NCBI GenBank assembly: GCA_965226795.1
Contig: CBDDDZ010000003.1
Span: 32,001 to 96,000 of the forward strand
From: Candidatus Latescibacterota bacterium
GTDB lineage: Bacteria > Latescibacterota > UBA2968 > GCA-2709665
Reading direction: 5' to 3'
Length of the DNA: 64,000 nucleotides
This document shows, piece after piece, positions 29,328 to 39,271 of the stretch (position 1 is the first letter of the stretch; each line of letters opens with the position of its first letter). A program made the translations under genes and the position numbers. The notes below the pieces were generated by a model. The model worked only from the letters and a program-made list of their open reading frames with translations. It ran no database searches and was not told the origin of the DNA.

Positions 29328-30372
29328 CTACAGACTGGCGTATGCCAGGCCCAGGACGGCGATGATGCCTGTGGAGGCGAGGCCCAGTGCAAAGGGGCGA
29401 ATCCCGCCGGTCTTGAGCGCGTGGAACTCGGTGATAAGGCCCACGGCTGCCATCGCTCCCGTAATCAGCCATTTGCCGGCGGACGCCAGCAGCAGTCCCA
29501 GATGGAATGTGCGGTCTCCGCCGCCGAGCAGGAAGCGGTCGGTCATATGTACGGTGACTTCCGGTAGAAATCCCGTGGTTCTCAGAAACGCCAGCGCGAG
29601 GAAGAAGATGACGAACGCGGGAATCAGCCTGGCGTAGCTGACCCTTTGCCCCACGTAGACCTCCTGTTTGCGCCGCTGACGGGCGTACACAACGCCAAGA
29701 ATAAAGAGTGCGGGACCAAGCAGTGAGATCCGGGTGAGTTTGACAATGGTGGCGATTTCACCCGCGGTCTGCCCGCCGGTGGGGTGGGCGAAACCCGCCG
29801 CGATGACCTGTGGCGTGGCGTGGATGGCCAGGCCGCACCATTCCCCGTAGGTCTCGGGTGACAGCAGAAGTAGCCCGCCGAGGACCGGGAAGATCAGCAT
29901 GGCCACGACGCCGAGCAGATTGACGGCGGCGATCGAAATCGCGATATCTTCTTCATCGGATTCAATGACAGGTGCGGCGGCAACAATGGCGGCGCTACCG
30001 CAGATGGCGGTGCCAATACCGATCAGCATGGCCAGCTTGCGTTTGACGCTGACAAACCTGGACAGATACCGGGTCGCCAGAACGATGGCGGCGATGATGA
30101 ACGCGGCGCCCGCCAGTACGCGCATCCCGAGCATCAGGAGGTTGTAGAAATCCAGTCCCGCGCCGAGGAGGACGATGCCCAGAGGCAGGACTCTCTTGAT
30201 CACGAAGTCCGTACCGGGTCTGAGCTGCCAGGTTAAGGGCACGAGATTGCGAAGGATGAGGCCGAATAGCAGGGCAAGGAGGACAGCGCTGAGGGGATGG
30301 TGGTTGTCGGAAAGGGTGAAGGGTGGGGCCGGATACTGGTGCAGGACGAACGCCAGCCATGTAAGCGCCGCC
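29328..30372 (-). pseudogene. YeiH/putative sulfate exporter family membrane protein, 5'-truncated
   Basis: LIGIGTAICGSAAIVA, GLAIHATPQVIAAG, ATIVKLTR; homology extends upstream to AALTWLAFVL at about 30372 with no native start codon. Confidence 0.75.
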
Positions 30373-30447
30373 GGGCGGCGAGAGATTGTTGAGCTGCATC
30401 ATCGGGGTTCTGCCGATGAGGTCCGCGATCTGTCTGTGCATTGCCAT
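30364..30447 (-). pseudogene. cysK: 5' fragment (28 codons) of cysteine synthase
   Basis: MAMHRQIADLIGRTPMMQLNNLSPPGGA with GGAG RBS; fused out of frame to yeiH. Confidence 0.7.
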
Positions 30448-30507
30448 GGAACTGCTCCGGGAAGGCCTGAAGGCGCGACCGGACCGCGCCTGCCGCGATA
30501 TGCAGCT

Positions 30508-30536
30508 AGAGTACCAAGAACGACCGGGGGTGTCAA
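30508..30536 (-). promoter_or_regulatory. Sigma70 promoter of the former cysK operon
   Basis: TTGACA-17 bp-TACTCT on the minus strand. Confidence 0.65.
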
Positions 30537-30746
30537 CGGGAAAGGCGACCCGGCGACGCCTGAGCGGATCGTTGGCGCCGCTAACCGACGCGGGAACAAT
30601 AACCGGCGGGTGGGCGCTTCCCGCCGTTCGCGTCTCCGGCACAGCAATCCAGGTCGATTTTCGTTTTCCTTTTTCGCCCCGTCCTGTTTACTTTGCAGCC
30701 AACAGGGCGCCAAATCCCACTCGACGCGGACGAAAGGAACTTTGAA

Positions 30747-33700
30747 ATGAAAACCGGACGCACGTTGCATACGGAGGATGGGGTCCGCCGGATGAGGGAC
30801 CACGTGGAGCGGTTTCCCGCAGCCAAGAAGATCGCAACTGAGATTGTCGACAGGGCGGAGGTCTGGGCGAATCTCGATGACGCATACGTTCGCGACCTTC
30901 CGCCCCCCGCAGACATTTACCGGGGGTTTCTACCGTCGTTCGACGGATGTCCGGTTCACGGCGAGGCGGTTTTCCAGGCGCAGGGCGGGCCCTGGCAGGC
31001 GGATATCTTCAACCGTCCATGGAAAATAAAGTGTTCCGTGGGCGGCGAGGAGTATCCTTCGAACGATTTTATGGCGTTTCACGGAACCCGAGACCGTTCC
31101 TTGCTTTCCGGCGATTATTCGGACGACGGGCTGGGGTGGGATCCTGGAGACGGACGGCCCCGGTTCTGGTTCGCGGCGCACTACTGTTACCGTCTTTGGC
31201 ACCGGTTGATTCCGGCGCTTCAGGATCTCGGGCGGGCGTATCTGTTAACCGGAGACGCGCGGTACGGGCGCAAGGGCGCAATCCTGCTGGACAGGATGGC
31301 CGCGCTGTTTCCGACCATGGACCACGCGGCGCAGTCCTGGTACGGCTTGAACTATCAGGTAGGATATACGGGGCGTTTTCTGTATGCGGTTCAGGAGTCG
31401 TTCAACATCGGACTCTATGCCGAAGCATACGACAATCTGTACCCGGCATTGCGCTCCGACAGTGAAGTGCATGCGTTTCTGGAAAAGGAACCTGAAGCAT
31501 TGATCCGGCACGTGGAAGACAACCTGGTGCGGCAGTCGGTGCGGGATATCTGGGAGGGGAAGATCCGGGGGAACTACGGGCTGCACCAGGCTTCGGCGGT
31601 GAAGGCGCTGGTGGTGATCGATGACGGGGCATTCACGGATTGGGCGATAAATAAACTCGAGGGCTATACCGGATGCGGGCCCACGACGGCGGTATGGGCA
31701 TACGGCGTGGAGGGATGGGATCACGCGCTGGATAATTTCCTGTTCAGAGACGGCGTGTCGTTCGAGGTGGCCATCGGTTACTCGGCGGGCTGCTGGACGC
31801 GGTATATGCTGGATACGGACCTGGTACTGAAACGGCTTGGCAAACGTCGGTTGCCCGGGGAACACGTGCGTTCGCTGGGCAGCTGGTCCCGGCGGCTGGC
31901 ATGCTGGGGAGGCAAGATGCCATCTATCGCGGATACCGGCGCCGGGGTAACCTATCCTCAGTTGGATCATTCGTCGCTGCAGCGGTTCTTCAGGGGTTTC
32001 GGGTGGCCGGAGTACGCCCGTGCGCTTCTGAACGAGGGCGTAACGGACGAGAACGGATTCAGGAGTTACGACGATCTGTTCGAAGTACCGCTCACAAGAG
32101 CCGAACTGGAACGCGCCGCCGGGAAACTCCCGAAATGGCCCGTGGAGAGCGATAACCTGGGAGGGGTGGGATTCGTGATCTTGCGCAGCGGGCGGGCGGA
32201 GAACCAGTTGGCGGCCGTGCTTCAGTACGGGCACGCCAATGCCGGCCACGCGCATCGGGACCGGTTGAACCTGGAGGTCATCGCGGGCGACAAGCGGGTT
32301 GTGCCCGATACGGGCTATCCCACACACGCGGCCGAACATCCGGACCCGCCTGTCTGGGAAAAGAATACCATCAGCCACGTTACGGTTGTCGTGAACGAGA
32401 CCCGCCAGGACACGGCCGACGAAGGCCGCCTGGAACGGTTCGGAGCAACCCCTCAATTGCAGCACGTGGAACTTTCGGCGCAGCGGGCCTACCTGGATGC
32501 CAACGTGTATCGACGCGGGGTGACGCTGCTGGAGTTGTCGCCGGATCTGCAGATCCTTGTGGACCTCTTCCACGTAAAGGGCGGCTGGGCGCACGACTAT
32601 TCGTTCCACGGATTCGATGGGACGTTTTCAACCGCGGGCGCTTCGTTTCAAACGCAGGAGGGCGGCACCCTGGCGGGACCGGACGTCCCGTTCCGGAAGC
32701 TGTACGACGATCCCGAACTGGAACGTCACGCCGCGATGCCGGGGCTGCCGGGGACAAACGGCAAGCGCAGTTACGGTTCATACCGGGGCAGCGGCTTTTC
32801 CTACCTGTACGACGTACGCCGCGGGCAACCGCCGGGTGAATTCCGGGCCGATTGGCGGGATGAGGAGATGGGATTGAGGATAGTCGTACCCGAGGGCGTC
32901 GCACAGGAGGTCATCACCGCCCATGGCAAAACGCCCAACAAACCAGGTGCGCCCGAGCATCTGGATTATGTCCTGTTGCGGAATCGGGGAGACCGCGAAC
33001 GAGGCGGTCTGAACAGTCTGTTCGCCGTTGTGTGCGAGGCATATCGGAAATCCCCGAAGCTGACGGGTGTGAGGCGCCTGGACCTGGTCGCAGGCGAGGA
33101 CGCAATCGGTTTGGAAATTTCCTGGCAGGATGGAAGATGTTATCTGCTCAGCGCGTTGGCGGACGAGGGCCGATCCGTCTTTGAGGGCGATCTTGAACTG
33201 GATGGCGGATTCGGGGTGTTGACCCAAGACGCGAAGGGCCGTCCGTCATGGGCGTGTTTATCGGGAAAGAGGCTGGGAGCCGGCGACGTCGACGTAGCGG
33301 GCGCGGGCACATGGCGAGGGCGAATTGCCGGAATGGACGCCGGAAACTGCCGGGTGATGGTCTCGTCGGACACTGGCGGAGCGCCGGCGGCGGGCGAGAC
33401 ACTGATGGTGTCGAACCCTCCCCACGCGTGCAATTTCCCGATTAAGTCGGTGGAGCCCGCAGGCGACGGATGGCTTTGTTCGCTGGATGCGGAGCGGCTG
33501 CACGTCGGACGGTTTGTTGTAGAGGCGGAGACGGAGGACGGTTTGTTGACCAGGACGTGGATTCACCGGGAATGGGAGGATACGGAAGATTCGGGATGTC
33601 ATTATCTCAAGGGCGCCCGGCTGGCCTACAGGGAACGACTCCACACCATCGAGCGGGTGATACCGCGAGAGGAGGGTGGACACCGGTTTGTGCTGCGGGA

Positions 33701-33803
33701 TGCGATTCCGTGGCCCGACGCGCCGGACGACATCCCGGTGATTTACGACCTGGGGCCGGGGGATTCGTGCGTTGTGCGGCCGATGGTGTTCGTGGAGCTT
33801 TGA
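30747..33803 (+). CDS. Heparinase II/III-like protein
   Basis: LGRAYLLTGD.RY toroid, DGVSFE...YS, MPSIADT, GHAHRDRLN, DTGY, NTISHVTVVVN. Confidence 0.8.
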   Translation: MKTGRTLHTEDGVRRMRDHVERFPAAKKIATEIVDRAEVWANLDDAYVRDLPPPADIYRGFLPSFDGCPVHGEAVFQAQGGPWQADIFNRPWKIKCSVGGEEYPSNDFMAFHGTRDRSLLSGDYSDDGLGWDPGDGRPRFWFAAHYCYRLWHRLIPALQDLGRAYLLTGDARYGRKGAILLDRMAALFPTMDHAAQSWYGLNYQVGYTGRFLYAVQESFNIGLYAEAYDNLYPALRSDSEVHAFLEKEPEALIRHVEDNLVRQSVRDIWEGKIRGNYGLHQASAVKALVVIDDGAFTDWAINKLEGYTGCGPTTAVWAYGVEGWDHALDNFLFRDGVSFEVAIGYSAGCWTRYMLDTDLVLKRLGKRRLPGEHVRSLGSWSRRLACWGGKMPSIADTGAGVTYPQLDHSSLQRFFRGFGWPEYARALLNEGVTDENGFRSYDDLFEVPLTRAELERAAGKLPKWPVESDNLGGVGFVILRSGRAENQLAAVLQYGHANAGHAHRDRLNLEVIAGDKRVVPDTGYPTHAAEHPDPPVWEKNTISHVTVVVNETRQDTADEGRLERFGATPQLQHVELSAQRAYLDANVYRRGVTLLELSPDLQILVDLFHVKGGWAHDYSFHGFDGTFSTAGASFQTQEGGTLAGPDVPFRKLYDDPELERHAAMPGLPGTNGKRSYGSYRGSGFSYLYDVRRGQPPGEFRADWRDEEMGLRIVVPEGVAQEVITAHGKTPNKPGAPEHLDYVLLRNRGDRERGGLNSLFAVVCEAYRKSPKLTGVRRLDLVAGEDAIGLEISWQDGRCYLLSALADEGRSVFEGDLELDGGFGVLTQDAKGRPSWACLSGKRLGAGDVDVAGAGTWRGRIAGMDAGNCRVMVSSDTGGAPAAGETLMVSNPPHACNFPIKSVEPAGDGWLCSLDAERLHVGRFVVEAETEDGLLTRTWIHREWEDTEDSGCHYLKGARLAYRERLHTIERVIPREEGGHRFVLRDAIPWPDAPDDIPVIYDLGPGDSCVVRPMVFVEL

Positions 33804-33904
33804 TGGCAGCGAACCGGCTGAAACTCGCCGACCAATCACGATATTTCGCCCGGATTTTTTCATCAATCGAAACGATAAGCATAATAAGCAAAGGAGGGAA
33901 GCAG

Positions 33905-34939
33905 ATGGCGCAGCGCGTGGGTGTGATCGGCCTCGGTATTATGGGAAGTAGCGTGACGCAGGTCCTGCACCGGAATCCGCTGGTTGAGTTGGCGGCATTC
34001 TGCACGCTGGACGCCGAAAAGCTCCGCAAGGCACAGGCCGAATTTTCGGTTTCCGGCGGGTACGTGAATTATCACGAGATGTTGGAGAAGGAGACGCTGG
34101 ACATGGTCTACATCGCCACGCCGGACTGGGCCCACCGCGATCCGGTCATTGCCTGTCTGGAGGCGGGTTGTCACGTGCACGTGGAGAAACCGATGACAAC
34201 GGACCTGGGCGAGGCCACTGAAATCGTGGAGAAAGTGAAACGCACAGGTCTGAAACTACAGGTCTCGTATAACCACCGGTGGCTGGCGCCCTACAATGCC
34301 ACGTGGAATATGATTCGCGAAGGGGAAATCGGCAGACCGCTGATGGGTTATGCGCGCAAAAACAATCCCATCTCCGTACCGACGGAGATGTTGCCCTGGG
34401 CGGCGGAGTCTTCGCCGGCCTGGTTCCTGTCGGCGCACGATATCGACCTGATGTGCTGGTGGTTCGATCAAAGTCCGGTCGAAGTCCACGGCTACGGAAT
34501 CAAAAAGGTACTGGCGGCCAGGGGCATCGATACGTACGACATGTTGCAGGGGCTCGTGAAGTTCGACGGCGGGTCCGTCGCCACGTTCGAGTCGGCCTGG
34601 ATCTACCCCAATACCCATCCGTCGATGCCGGATTCCTTTATGGAGGTAATCGGCGAGAAGGGTCATGTACATCTGGACCGCAAGGCCGAGGCGATTGAGA
34701 TGAGTACCGAGGAAAAGTTCAAATGGCCGCGGTCACTGCTGAACTACAAGGTATTCGACAAATGGGTGGGCGCGTTTCCGTCGTGCGTGAACAGCTTTGT
34801 GGATGCCGTCATTGAAGATCGGACGCCTTTCGTGACGGCGTTGGACGGGTGGCGAGCGACCGCGGTGCTGGACGCGTGGCACCAGTCCGCGGACAACGGC
34901 GGTATCGTACCAGTGGCGGATGCGCCCGCGTGGCCGTAA
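33905..34939 (+). CDS. Gfo/Idh/MocA family oxidoreductase
   Basis: VGVIGLGIMG, ATPDWAH, VEKPM, HDID; AAGGAGG RBS. Confidence 0.93.
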   Translation: MAQRVGVIGLGIMGSSVTQVLHRNPLVELAAFCTLDAEKLRKAQAEFSVSGGYVNYHEMLEKETLDMVYIATPDWAHRDPVIACLEAGCHVHVEKPMTTDLGEATEIVEKVKRTGLKLQVSYNHRWLAPYNATWNMIREGEIGRPLMGYARKNNPISVPTEMLPWAAESSPAWFLSAHDIDLMCWWFDQSPVEVHGYGIKKVLAARGIDTYDMLQGLVKFDGGSVATFESAWIYPNTHPSMPDSFMEVIGEKGHVHLDRKAEAIEMSTEEKFKWPRSLLNYKVFDKWVGAFPSCVNSFVDAVIEDRTPFVTALDGWRATAVLDAWHQSADNGGIVPVADAPAWP

Positions 34940-34954
34940 AAGGGGGTCCGGACG

Positions 34955-35803
34955 ATGTCAAAGGGAGAAAAACGGATCGGTTTCGTAGATTACAATCTCG
35001 AAAACTTTCATTCCAATGTCTACCTGAAGCTTCTCCGCAATGAACTGAAACATCGGGGGTTCGTCGTTGCCGGTTGTACGGGCATGCGGCCTCGGGCCGG
35101 CAGGACGTGGGCCCGGTCGAACGACGTGCCCTATTTCCCCGACGCGGCCGGGTTGAACGAGGCGGTGGACTACTTCATGGTGTTGGCGCCCTCAACCCCG
35201 GAGACGCACCTTGAACTGTGCGGGCAGGTATTTCCCTTCGGTAAGCCCACGTACGTGGACAAGACCTTCGCGCCGGACCTGCGAACGGCCGGGCGAATTT
35301 TCGCGCTGGCGGACCGGCATCGGGTGCCCATGCAGACGACATCCGCGTTGCGTTATACCGAAGTGCAGGACTACGTGGAAGAGGTCGGGCGTAGGCAGGT
35401 CCGGCACATGGTAACCTGGGGCGGCGGGCGGTCCTTTGCCGAATACGCGATCCATCCCCTGGAATTGGCCATCAGCTGTATGGGGCCAGGCGTGCGCCGG
35501 ATGATGCGCCGGGGCGCCGGAAAACAATCGCAACTGCTGCTGGATTTTTCGGGAGGACGTACCGCGGTCGTGAACGTGTACACCGGGTCGAGTACACCCT
35601 ATGCGGCTTCGGTGACCACCACCGGGGCGACACGGCACTTCCAGGTCGACTCGGGTCGCATTTTTCTGAATACCGCGGATGCCGTGCTGGATCTGTTCGA
35701 ATCCGGGGAACCCGGTATCGACAGGAAAGAGAGCCTGATCATTCGCAGGATTCTGGACGCGGCCGGACAGAATCGGGCACTGTCGGGCTTTGTGAGACTG
35801 TAA
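34955..35803 (+). CDS. Gfo/Idh/MocA-like oxidoreductase
   Basis: RIGFVD, H, GKPTYVDKTFA, TSALRY, YAIHPLE. Confidence 0.75.
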   Translation: MSKGEKRIGFVDYNLENFHSNVYLKLLRNELKHRGFVVAGCTGMRPRAGRTWARSNDVPYFPDAAGLNEAVDYFMVLAPSTPETHLELCGQVFPFGKPTYVDKTFAPDLRTAGRIFALADRHRVPMQTTSALRYTEVQDYVEEVGRRQVRHMVTWGGGRSFAEYAIHPLELAISCMGPGVRRMMRRGAGKQSQLLLDFSGGRTAVVNVYTGSSTPYAASVTTTGATRHFQVDSGRIFLNTADAVLDLFESGEPGIDRKESLIIRRILDAAGQNRALSGFVRL

Positions 35804-35873
35804 CGAAGGAACCGCTTCCCGCCACCCATGATGCAGAATTTATGCCACCCCCAAACGTCCCCTATTCCCTTGC

Positions 35874-35952
35874 CCTTTTTCTTGCATCGCCCAAGAAAAA
35901 GGGGGAAAAAGAAGGGCGCCTGCCTGCCGAGCACGGCTCGGCGCAGGCAGGC
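35874..35952. repeat. Adjacent palindromic intergenic repeats
   Basis: CCCTTTTTCTTG..CCAAGAAAAAGGG hairpin followed by GCCTGCCTGC..GCAGGCAGGC hairpin. Confidence 0.55.
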
Positions 35953-36212
35953 CGCTCGGCGCGGGGCCGGTTTTTCCGTGAATAACCTCAGAGACAAAAT
36001 TGGAGTTTGGGTGCCCTATGAGTCCCTCAGCTTGACCGATACAACGGTGCTGGACGGATTAACACGGAAAAACCCCCACACCACCACAGGACGGGCGAGG
36101 GTTAAACGGGATGGATCGTCGCATGGATCTACGGTCGTACCGCCAATCGCCGTCTGCTTCCCGCCTGGTTCATCTCCCCCTTTCCTTTAGGAGAGGGGGC
36201 CGGGGGGAGAGG

Positions 36213-36337
36213 TCACGGCGCTGACGTCAATTGATTGGGTTTTTGCTTCAAGCTGATAGCTGTAAGCTGATGGCTAATAGCTGCTGTTGCTGATTCTCGA
36301 CGGCTAAAGTCTGGCGATCAATTGCCGGGACAAACAA
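36213..36337 (-). mobile_element. Partial MITE (copy 2), abutting a CCCCTCTCC-type REP
   Basis: Reverse complement aligns with 2402-2512 (..CAAAAACCCAATCA.TTGAC.TCAGCGCCGTGA) and has an extra AGCTGAT/AGCTGTA-like short repeat. Confidence 0.7.
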
Positions 36338-36342
36338 CGGCG

Positions 36343-39057
36343 TCAGTCCTCCTCTGCAAACTCGGCGGCCTTGAGGAGGGTGACGGCGTCGCATTCGGTG
36401 GCCGGGTAATCGCGTACGGTAATAGATCTCTCCGTAGCGGCTTCGATTTCGTACCCGGTATCGCCACACAGCAGATAGGTCCCGGGAAGGGCATCGGGGT
36501 CGGGCGCGGCGTTTCGGAGATGGTAGGTGCGATCGGAGACGCCGGTGACCTCGAGGGAGATCTCCGCACTGTCGACTGTCAGCGCGTGCCCGTTGCAGCG
36601 GATTTCGGTACCGCACAGCAGATAGGCGCGGAGCAGGCGTCCACCGTCATCGACGGAAGCAAAGGCGAACCGGCCTGTGATGGACAATGGTCCGACGTCG
36701 TGGGCGCCGCCCTCCGGCGCAGAGAGGATGTAGTCCGTACATCCCTGGCGACGGACGGCGACCGCCATCGCGCCGGTGTCCGGATCGTCCACGAGCAGGC
36801 GGGAAGATTGGACGGACGAACTTTCGACGTACGGTGAAATCACCGCTGCATATTGGCTGGTCAGATGCGTATCGTCGCCGCGTTCCGCCAGGATCTGCTG
36901 CACGGGCGGGGCGTTGAGTTCCTCGCCCAGGTCCGAGCGCCAGCCCGGAGCGTCCGCGAGAAGCAGACGATGGATAGGGTTGAGCAGCGTGAGGTCCAGT
37001 CGCACGTCCTGGTTTTCCCATGTAGCGGTGAATGGACCTTGAGGCCGGTCGGCGCGGATGTTGGCCAGCCATTCGATGTGTTCGTCGACGGGTTTCGGGT
37101 CGGCGCCGACAATGCCGGTGAGGCGGCCGTTGCAGTGAAAGCCATATTGGTGACGTAGGCCGCCGTTCACCTGGAAAAGGTCGACGGCGTAGGTCTGATC
37201 GCCGGGGATCCGGACCAGGACGCAGGTGCGCCGGTACAGATGGCACTGCTGGTATGGCGCCGCGGTTGCCTGTACGACCTCGACGCCCGCGCCCGCGCCG
37301 AAGAGTTCCAGCGCGGCCGGCCTACCGCTGCCGATCTGGTTCTGTCCGTCTACAGTGACGATGTTGTGGGAGAGCGTGCTTTTGGTCCAGGCGTTTCTGG
37401 GGTCGTCCCAGATATAACCCCTGTCCGCCGCCATCTCCCGCCCATGGGCGATGTAGATGATCCCCAGGGTGTCGTTGTGGCGATGGCCGCCATACGCATA
37501 TCCGTTCAGGTAGAACGCGGTATGTCCCCTCGGATTTCCGCCCCGGAGAACGCCGACGTGCCAGCCGGGAAACCATTCGGTATGTTGAGGGAGGTCGGTT
37601 TCGTCGCCCACTTTCAGGTCGGGGTCCCGGTGCCAGAGGGCGTATTCCTCCCCTTTCAGTGACAGTGGCGCCCCCTGGGATTTCTCCAGCAGGGCGGCGT
37701 AGCGGCTGCCGTAGTGGGCGGCCAGGACCTCGGCGTAGATGGGGTCGATGGTCCGACCCTCCCCGGAGTCTCCGATGACAGGATCCTGCAGGTTCGGATC
37801 CAGCATGCGGACCATGCTCTCCAGGGCCAGACGATAGCGGTCGAAGTGTTTAAAGGGGTCCAGGTTCGTTATAGCGGCGCCCGTGTCCGGTTCGTACCCG
37901 TCGGGGTCGGAGTACCCGTTGAGCAATTCGGGAATTTCTCGCAGAAGGTTGAGATGCATGGAGGAGTAGCTGGGAGACTCTGTGCAAAAACCGTCAGAGT
38001 GGAACGCGTCCTCCAGAAGCGCTTCAAACCCCTGGATCGCCCGGCGTACGCCTTGCGGTCTATCGAACAGAATACCCACCGCGGCGCTGAGCGCCCGGCC
38101 GGGACCGCATTTGTTGTTGATGTCGTTCCAGTTTTCGGTGTCCGCGCAACCGGCAAGGATGAGGTCGTCAACGATGCGCCGGTCCATTCCGGGCGTAATG
38201 ACATGGGAGCCGTCGGGATGCCGGGCGGATCGGATCAGGTCATATGCCAGCGCGACCCGGAGAATGTATCCGCCATCGGAGCCGCTGCAGCCAAAGCGTC
38301 CGGCGCCCCAGAAGCCGTTGTTGAGTACCGCGTGGTCATCCACCCTGTGCCGGCCCTCAAAGGCGGAAACAATGGTTTCCACGGGAAATCGGCCGGCGGG
38401 GGGGTATCTGCCCATGGATGCCGCGGCTTCCGCCGGTGGACAATCCGCAACGGTGCCGTCGTAGGAGTGGAATAACCAGTTGGGATACCGCCGCGCCATA
38501 CAGTCCATAATCCACGCGCTCCACTGCGCGTACTGCACGTCGTCGGTGAGTGCGTACAACTTGGCGAGAGGAAGCATCTGTTCGTAGCACCAGCGGCTTT
38601 TCTTTGAGCGGATGACGCCGGTCCAGCTTGTGTGGACGGGCCATCGGACCCATTTGAACGCGTGTTCGCCCGATCTGTCTTCAGGGTGTGCGCGTTCCGC
38701 ATCGGTGAGATAGAAGGTGAACGTCTGGTTCATTCCGGGTGCGGTGACGCTGCCGGTCTCGGGATAATCGGCGTTGGGGTACTCGGTTTTGCAGTACCTG
38801 CAGATGAGTCGGTCCGGATCGGTCGGGTCCCAGTCGTAGATACCGCATTCGCCCATGGAAGAGAGACGGTCTACACAGGCTGGGCAGTTCTGGCCGTACT
38901 CGGGCCAGGGGGTGAGTTCCGGCATCATCGCCTCGACAAAATCCCTGTCCCGGCCAGTGAGGTAGTCGACCTCTTTTTTCCAGTCTTCGACGATGGCCTG
39001 CGCCCAGGTATGGCGGCGCAGGTTCTCCCGCGCGATTTCAACGTTGAGAAGAGGCAT
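36343..39057 (-). CDS. Heparinase II/III-like protein with a CxxC...CxxC insert
   Basis: LYALTDD.QYA, DGFCTESPSY, PVIGDS, GHRHND.L, DRGY, STLSHNIVTVDG; AGGAG RBS. Confidence 0.82.
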   Translation of the reverse strand: MPLLNVEIARENLRRHTWAQAIVEDWKKEVDYLTGRDRDFVEAMMPELTPWPEYGQNCPACVDRLSSMGECGIYDWDPTDPDRLICRYCKTEYPNADYPETGSVTAPGMNQTFTFYLTDAERAHPEDRSGEHAFKWVRWPVHTSWTGVIRSKKSRWCYEQMLPLAKLYALTDDVQYAQWSAWIMDCMARRYPNWLFHSYDGTVADCPPAEAAASMGRYPPAGRFPVETIVSAFEGRHRVDDHAVLNNGFWGAGRFGCSGSDGGYILRVALAYDLIRSARHPDGSHVITPGMDRRIVDDLILAGCADTENWNDINNKCGPGRALSAAVGILFDRPQGVRRAIQGFEALLEDAFHSDGFCTESPSYSSMHLNLLREIPELLNGYSDPDGYEPDTGAAITNLDPFKHFDRYRLALESMVRMLDPNLQDPVIGDSGEGRTIDPIYAEVLAAHYGSRYAALLEKSQGAPLSLKGEEYALWHRDPDLKVGDETDLPQHTEWFPGWHVGVLRGGNPRGHTAFYLNGYAYGGHRHNDTLGIIYIAHGREMAADRGYIWDDPRNAWTKSTLSHNIVTVDGQNQIGSGRPAALELFGAGAGVEVVQATAAPYQQCHLYRRTCVLVRIPGDQTYAVDLFQVNGGLRHQYGFHCNGRLTGIVGADPKPVDEHIEWLANIRADRPQGPFTATWENQDVRLDLTLLNPIHRLLLADAPGWRSDLGEELNAPPVQQILAERGDDTHLTSQYAAVISPYVESSSVQSSRLLVDDPDTGAMAVAVRRQGCTDYILSAPEGGAHDVGPLSITGRFAFASVDDGGRLLRAYLLCGTEIRCNGHALTVDSAEISLEVTGVSDRTYHLRNAAPDPDALPGTYLLCGDTGYEIEAATERSITVRDYPATECDAVTLLKAAEFAEED

Positions 39058-39271
39058 AACAACTCCTGTTCGAGACGTCACAGCCCAGACAAACGGCAGG
39101 ACGTTGATGGAACGTGGAAGGGTGATGCCGATCGGAATCGGACCCCCACGTACGGGATCGGTGCGGGGCAGCCGAGGCGGCGAACGATCGCGCAGGGCGG
39201 GCGCGGCTTCAACCCGGGCATTCGAACATACAGGAGATGGAGGCGGCAGCGCTCAATAGCGCACTGAACGT

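Noticed and set aside
36245..36290. AGCTGATAGCTG short repeats as a CRISPR array
   Set aside because: Imperfect 7-nt units with no spacers and no cas genes; part of the MITE interior
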